Source: an uncultured archaeon
GTDB taxonomy: Archaea; Iainarchaeota; Iainarchaeia; Iainarchaeales; 0-14-0-20-30-16
Reading direction: 5' to 3'
NCBI GenBank assembly: GCA_964565725.1
Contig: CAZMGA010000006.1
Location: 2,010-34,009 of the forward strand
Length of the DNA: 32,000 bases
Every line of letters begins with the position of its first letter. The stretch's first letter is position 1. Below, in pieces: positions 28,076 to 32,000 of this stretch. Made by a program: the position numbers and the translations under genes. The notes under the pieces were generated by a model. The model was given only the letters and a program-made list of their open reading frames with translations, ran no database searches and was not told the origin of the DNA.

Positions 28076-28911
28076 AGATTATCTAACGGATTTTTTGTTT
28101 TTTTAATTTCGTCATTACTTACTTTAGTATATATTTGAGTTGTAGATATATTAGAATGACCTAATAATGTTTGAATTGTTCTTAAATTTTCACCAGAATC
28201 CAATAAATGGGTAGCAAAAGAGTGCCTTAAACAATGTGGGCTCACATCTTTTTGGATATTAGCTAATTTAGCAGATTCTTTAATTATTTTTTCAATTGTA
28301 TCTGTTGAAAATGGTTTGCCATTAAGCTTTGCGAAGACATATTCAGAGCTATATTTCTTATTATATTTTAATCTATACTTATTATAGTTTATAATCCATT
28401 TTTTTGATAAAATAATGTTTCTATCTTTATTACCCTTGCCTTCTATTACTTTTCCAATAGCATTTTCAAAATCTAAATCATTTATTTTTAATCTACATAA
28501 TTCAGATACTCTTAATCCAGAACTATATAACAATTCTAACATTAGACGATTTCTTATATCTTTAGTTTGTTCGAATAATCTTTTTGTTTCTTCTTTTGTT
28601 AATACTGTAGGCAAATATTTTTCTTTTTTTGGTAATTTAAAATCATCCATTATATTTAAATGTAAATATTGTTTATATAAAAATTTTATAGCAAAAAAAA
28701 TCATTGACAAAGAAGTATTTTTAACATTTTGTTTCTTTTGGGCTAGGTATTTTATAATAAATTCCTTAGTTTCTTTTTTATCTAAAGTATAATCTAAATT
28801 CTGATTTTTAGCAAATTTTAAAAATTCTGAAATATATAATAAATACTGATTTATTGTTTTTTCAGTATAACCTCTAATAATTAATTCGTTTTTTATTTTT
28901 TCTAAATCCAT
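28072..28911 (-). CDS. xerA: Tyrosine recombinase XerA/XerC-D family
   Basis: Full catalytic set: YSSGLRVSELCRLK (R), EGKGNKDR (K), HCLRHSFATHLL (HxxR), LGHSNISTTQIYTKV (H...Y), plus N-terminal SAM-like domain. Confidence 0.95.
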   Translation of the reverse strand: MDLEKIKNELIIRGYTEKTINQYLLYISEFLKFAKNQNLDYTLDKKETKEFIIKYLAQKKQNVKNTSLSMIFFAIKFLYKQYLHLNIMDDFKLPKKEKYLPTVLTKEETKRLFEQTKDIRNRLMLELLYSSGLRVSELCRLKINDLDFENAIGKVIEGKGNKDRNIILSKKWIINYNKYRLKYNKKYSSEYVFAKLNGKPFSTDTIEKIIKESAKLANIQKDVSPHCLRHSFATHLLDSGENLRTIQTLLGHSNISTTQIYTKVSNDEIKKTKNPLDNL

Positions 28912-29040
28912 AATACAAAAACTATAAAAACTATAAATAGGTTTTCTTTATACATAATTTAAAATTTTAGTATCTTTTTTAATAAAAAGTTAACTATAAA
29001 TTTGATTTATATATATTTTGTTAAAAATTCCTTCGTAAAA

Positions 29041-29068
29041 AATCGGGATAATAAAGATTATGCCGAAT
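29041..29068. promoter_or_regulatory. Candidate dif recombination site for XerA
   Basis: AATCGGGATAA-TAAAGA-TTATGCCGAAT: 11-bp arm, 6-bp centre, 11-bp arm. Arms are inverted repeats at 9/11 positions with the ATAA/TTAT inner bases typical of Xer sites. Lies 129 bp upstream of xerA. Confidence 0.72.
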
Positions 29069-29123
29069 TTTAGTTAATTTTATAAAAAATAGAGTTTTAA
29101 ATAAGAAAGTTATGTAGATAACG

Positions 29124-29480
29124 TTAATTATCTACTTTTATTGTAAATTCTTTTTTATATTCCTTTTCAATATAATTATAATCTTCAGTATGTTCTGTGA
29201 AAATTATTCTTGCAGGAAAATCATGAGGTACTGTTTGAGTTTTTGGAAAAATATCAAAATAATAAATTTTTGTTTTATTAGCCTCAATTTCACCTAATTT
29301 TCTTTCTAAACTGTTAGCTAAACCAGTCTTTTCAACACTTAAATATTTACTAACTAAAAATTTTACTGATATTAATTTAGTAATATCTGAATTATTAGTT
29401 ATTTCTGCTCTTAAAGATACTGGTTGTTTATTACTTAAAGACATTCTGAAAGGCAGTAATACTGTTTTTATTGTTAACAT
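29124..29480 (-). CDS. Conserved-looking beta-rich (Ig/arrestin-like) small protein
   Basis: VLLPFRMSLSNKQPVSLRAEITNNSDITKLISVKFLVSKYLSVEKTG...LGEIEANKTKIYYFDIFPK pattern; function unknown. Confidence 0.5.
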   Translation of the reverse strand: MLTIKTVLLPFRMSLSNKQPVSLRAEITNNSDITKLISVKFLVSKYLSVEKTGLANSLERKLGEIEANKTKIYYFDIFPKTQTVPHDFPARIIFTEHTEDYNYIEKEYKKEFTIKVDN

Positions 29481-29545
29481 TTATATCACCCATATTATAT
29501 ATATAATATTATAAGTATAATATATAATAAGTATTTAAAAGTTTT

Positions 29546-30367
29546 GTGTCTGATTATACTATGTTAACATTAATTTTATCTAAAAATAATGAGTTTAGTA
29601 ATATATTATTTAATTATCTATTAGATAATAGTTTATTAACTAATGTAAATGAATTGTATTACTATAACAATATACCTATAAAATTTTTTGACAATTTTTT
29701 AGATATTAAAGATTCTGAATTAGAAAATAATGAATATATTGTGTTATCTAGTCATAAATCTACGACTCAAACAGAAGATTCTATTTCAATTCACTTTCCT
29801 GGTAATTTTAATACTGCTGAATTATTTGGAGAAAATTATAAATTATCTTTAGCAAATATAAATTATTTTAATAAGTTATATCATATTTTAAAAAATAATA
29901 TTAATAAAGATTTGAAATTTTGGATAGAAGTAACTCATCATGGGCCTAGTGTAAATAAAGAAATAATGTTTTATGAAATAGGGCCAAATTCTAAGGCTTA
30001 TAATAATAAAGATTATATTAAGTATTATTTAGATTGTTTAAATAAATGTTTAAATATAACTCCAAAATATAATAATTACATTTTAATTGGTGCACCACAT
30101 TATATTGATTTAGAATTTATTGAAAGAATTGAAAGAAAAACAAACTTAAAAGATATTTGTTTTTCACATATAATCCCAAAATATGCCTTAATTGAGATGT
30201 TAAATTTAGATGATTCAAAATTAGAGCTAATTTTAACAGAAACAATTAATAAATCACAAGTAAATAAGATTATATTAAATTCTGATTATATTAAATCTAA
30301 ATCCAGATTAAAAGCAATTTTAAACAATATAAATTTAAAAAATAACATAGAATTAATTATTATGTAG
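29546..30367 (+). CDS. dtdA: D-aminoacyl-tRNA deacylase DtdA (GEK1/archaeal type)
   Basis: SSHKSTTQTEDSISIHFPGNF, FWIEVTHHGPSVNKEIMFYEIG, ILIGAPHYI. Confidence 0.9.
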   Translation: MSDYTMLTLILSKNNEFSNILFNYLLDNSLLTNVNELYYYNNIPIKFFDNFLDIKDSELENNEYIVLSSHKSTTQTEDSISIHFPGNFNTAELFGENYKLSLANINYFNKLYHILKNNINKDLKFWIEVTHHGPSVNKEIMFYEIGPNSKAYNNKDYIKYYLDCLNKCLNITPKYNNYILIGAPHYIDLEFIERIERKTNLKDICFSHIIPKYALIEMLNLDDSKLELILTETINKSQVNKIILNSDYIKSKSRLKAILNNINLKNNIELIIM

Positions 30368-30375
30368 GGGTTATT

Positions 30376-30932
30376 ATGAAAATATATTTTGTTACAAACA
30401 ATAAGAATAAATTACAAGAAGTTATTGAAATTATAGATAATAAAGAGATTATTATTGAAAATATTAATGTTGATTTGCCAGAAATACAAGAATTAGATTC
30501 TATAAAAATTATTCAAGAAAAATTAAATTATGCTAAAGATCTACCAGAATTAAAAAATAAAATGTTTTTTGTAGAAGATATTCGTTGTGTTTTGAAGAAT
30601 TAAATGATTTTCCAGGACCTTTAATAAAATGGTTTTATAAAGTTTTAGAACCAAATAAAATATTTGATATTGTAAAAAGTAATCCTAAAGCAAAAGCAAA
30701 AGTTATAATTGGTTATTTTGATGGTGTTAATTCTCATTTTTTTCAAGGAGTTATTTCAGGAAATATAGTATCCCCAAGAGGAAATAATGGCTTTAATTGG
30801 GATGTAATATTTCAGCCCCTAGGATATTTGAAAACATTTGCTGAAATGGATAACTATGAAAAAAATTTTGTTAGTATGCGAAGATTAGCTACTTTGGAAT
30901 TCAAAAAATTTTTAGAACAAAATTTAAAATAA
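30376..30932 (+). pseudogene. rdgB: XTP/dITP diphosphatase (RdgB/Ham1 family), split into two frames
   Basis: First ORF: IYFVTNNKNKLQEVIEI...FVEDIRCVLKN*. The -1 frame from 30585 continues LCFEELNDFPGPLIKWFYKVL...AKVIIGYFDG...RGNNGFNWDVIFQPLGYLKTFAEM. Confidence 0.85.
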
Positions 30933-30973
30933 AAAAAAAAGAAAGGATAAACAAAAGTTTATCCTATATTATT

Positions 30974-31741
30974 TTATTTTTTAGCTTTTTTAGTTGTTTT
31001 CTTTTTAGTTGCTGGTTTTTTAGTAGCTACAGGTTTTTTAGCTTTAACAGGTTTTTTAGCAACTACTGGTTTTTTAACTGCTGTTTTTTTAGCTTTAACA
31101 GGTTTTTTAGCTGCTACTGGTTTTTTAGCAACAGGTTTTTTAACTTTAACAGGTTTTTTAGCAGTTGTTGATTTTTTAACTGTTTTTTTCTTCATTCCAA
31201 ACATTTTACCTTCCTCCTCATATGGTAAGCATAATAAATCATCTAATTCATGTTCTGAATCATTTAAATCTATAGCATCATTGAATAAATCTTCAGATTC
31301 TAACCAATCTTCATCAAAATCTATTTTATTCTTGGATTTATTCTCCTTTTTTGGTTTGCTTTCTATGATTTCAGCATCTAATTTTAAGTCTTTTAATAAA
31401 TCTACAATTTCTTCATCATCTACTTCATCAACATATTTTTCTAAAAGTAAATTATATAATTCTTCTTCTAACATATCTATTCTTTTTTCTAAATATTCAA
31501 TGTGATTTAAATTAGCTATATCTCCTTTTTTTAATTTATCTCCTACAAAATTTTCTATTTTACTGTCTATATGTAAATTAAACTTATTTTTTCTATCATA
31601 AATTAAATTGGCTAATTCTACACCTTGTTCTTTTGTAATGAATTTTGATTCTTGTAATTTTTTTACAAATTCTTCTATTTGTTTTTTATTTAAATCATGT
31701 GCCCCTAAACCTATAATTATTCCTTTTTTTAATAACTCCAA
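30974..31741 (-). CDS. Phasin-like coiled-coil protein with acidic linker and histone H1-like Lys/Pro/Ala repeat tail
   Basis: N-terminus GIIIGLGAHDLNKKQIEEFVKKLQESKFITKEQGVELANLIYDRKN is phasin-like; tail KKPVKVKKPVAKKPVAAKKPVKAKKTAVKKPVVAKKPVKAKKPVA. Confidence 0.65.
   Translation of the reverse strand: MELLKKGIIIGLGAHDLNKKQIEEFVKKLQESKFITKEQGVELANLIYDRKNKFNLHIDSKIENFVGDKLKKGDIANLNHIEYLEKRIDMLEEELYNLLLEKYVDEVDDEEIVDLLKDLKLDAEIIESKPKKENKSKNKIDFDEDWLESEDLFNDAIDLNDSEHELDDLLCLPYEEEGKMFGMKKKTVKKSTTAKKPVKVKKPVAKKPVAAKKPVKAKKTAVKKPVVAKKPVKAKKPVATKKPATKKKTTKKAKK
30977..31175 (-). repeat. Imperfect tandem repeats encoding (A)KKPV(K/A)(A)KK units
   Basis: Repeated 'aacaggttttttagc(t/a)...' modules visible on the + strand. 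Confidence 0.75.
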
Positions 31742-32000
31742 TTTAACACCTCTTTAATTGAATAAATTTATAAATCATATAGGTAATAAAAAAAGCATTT
31801 ATATACTTTTCTGTTTTTTAGTATTATTTTTAACAAAAATTAAAAAAAATGATTTATATGTTTAATAAAAAAAAGATTTTTTTACAAAGCTTTGGTTTAA
31901 GTTTAAAATATTTTAAAAAAGATTTTTTACTAAATTTTTTTTATAGTTTAATTTTCTTTTTATTAATTTATTTTGAATATGTTATAATCATTTTAGTACC

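Noticed and set aside
30977-31175. Tandem repeat as a CRISPR-like or minisatellite DNA element
   Set aside because: The repeats are in frame and encode Lys/Pro/Ala units of a protein tail, with no unique spacers.
1-32000. CRISPR arrays, transposases, toxin-antitoxin or classical defence genes
   Set aside because: No regularly spaced direct repeats or recognisable effector proteins. The only recombinase looks like housekeeping XerA, not a mobile-element integrase.

Overview
AT-rich archaeal chromosomal window, most likely from a small-genome DPANN-type lineage. That assignment is inferred from gene content, not phylogeny. Information-processing and housekeeping genes dominate: Kae1, Pth2, MCM, uL1-uL10-aL12, a highly divergent uL11, Spt5, a SecE missed by the ORF track, FtsZ, TBP, ValRS, GlyRS, DtdA and XerA. 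Also present are a presenilin/SPP-like membrane protease, AMP phosphorylase plus a ribose-1,5-bisphosphate isomerase-like protein, an MscS channel, and several lineage-specific membrane or coiled-coil proteins. The most interesting observations are: (1) a 28-bp XerA recombination-site (dif) candidate, AATCGGGATAA-TAAAGA-TTATGCCGAAT at 29041-29068, about 130 bp upstream of xerA; (2) a GC-rich, strongly structured intergenic element at about 26575-26670, upstream of an unknown alpha-helical protein, which looks like an unannotated small RNA; (3) a remodelled ribosomal stalk (divergent short uL11 in the ancestral operon position, uL10 without the usual C-terminal stalk peptide, aL12 that keeps it); (4) a phosphoribosyltransferase missed by the ORF track because of a poly-A frameshift and an in-frame TGA at an expected Trp; (5) an XTP/dITP pyrophosphatase-like gene split by a -1 frameshift; (6) a Lys/Pro/Ala-repeat histone H1-like tail on a phasin-like protein. 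I found no CRISPR array, rRNA, recognisable tRNA or transposon, and no recognisable defence system.
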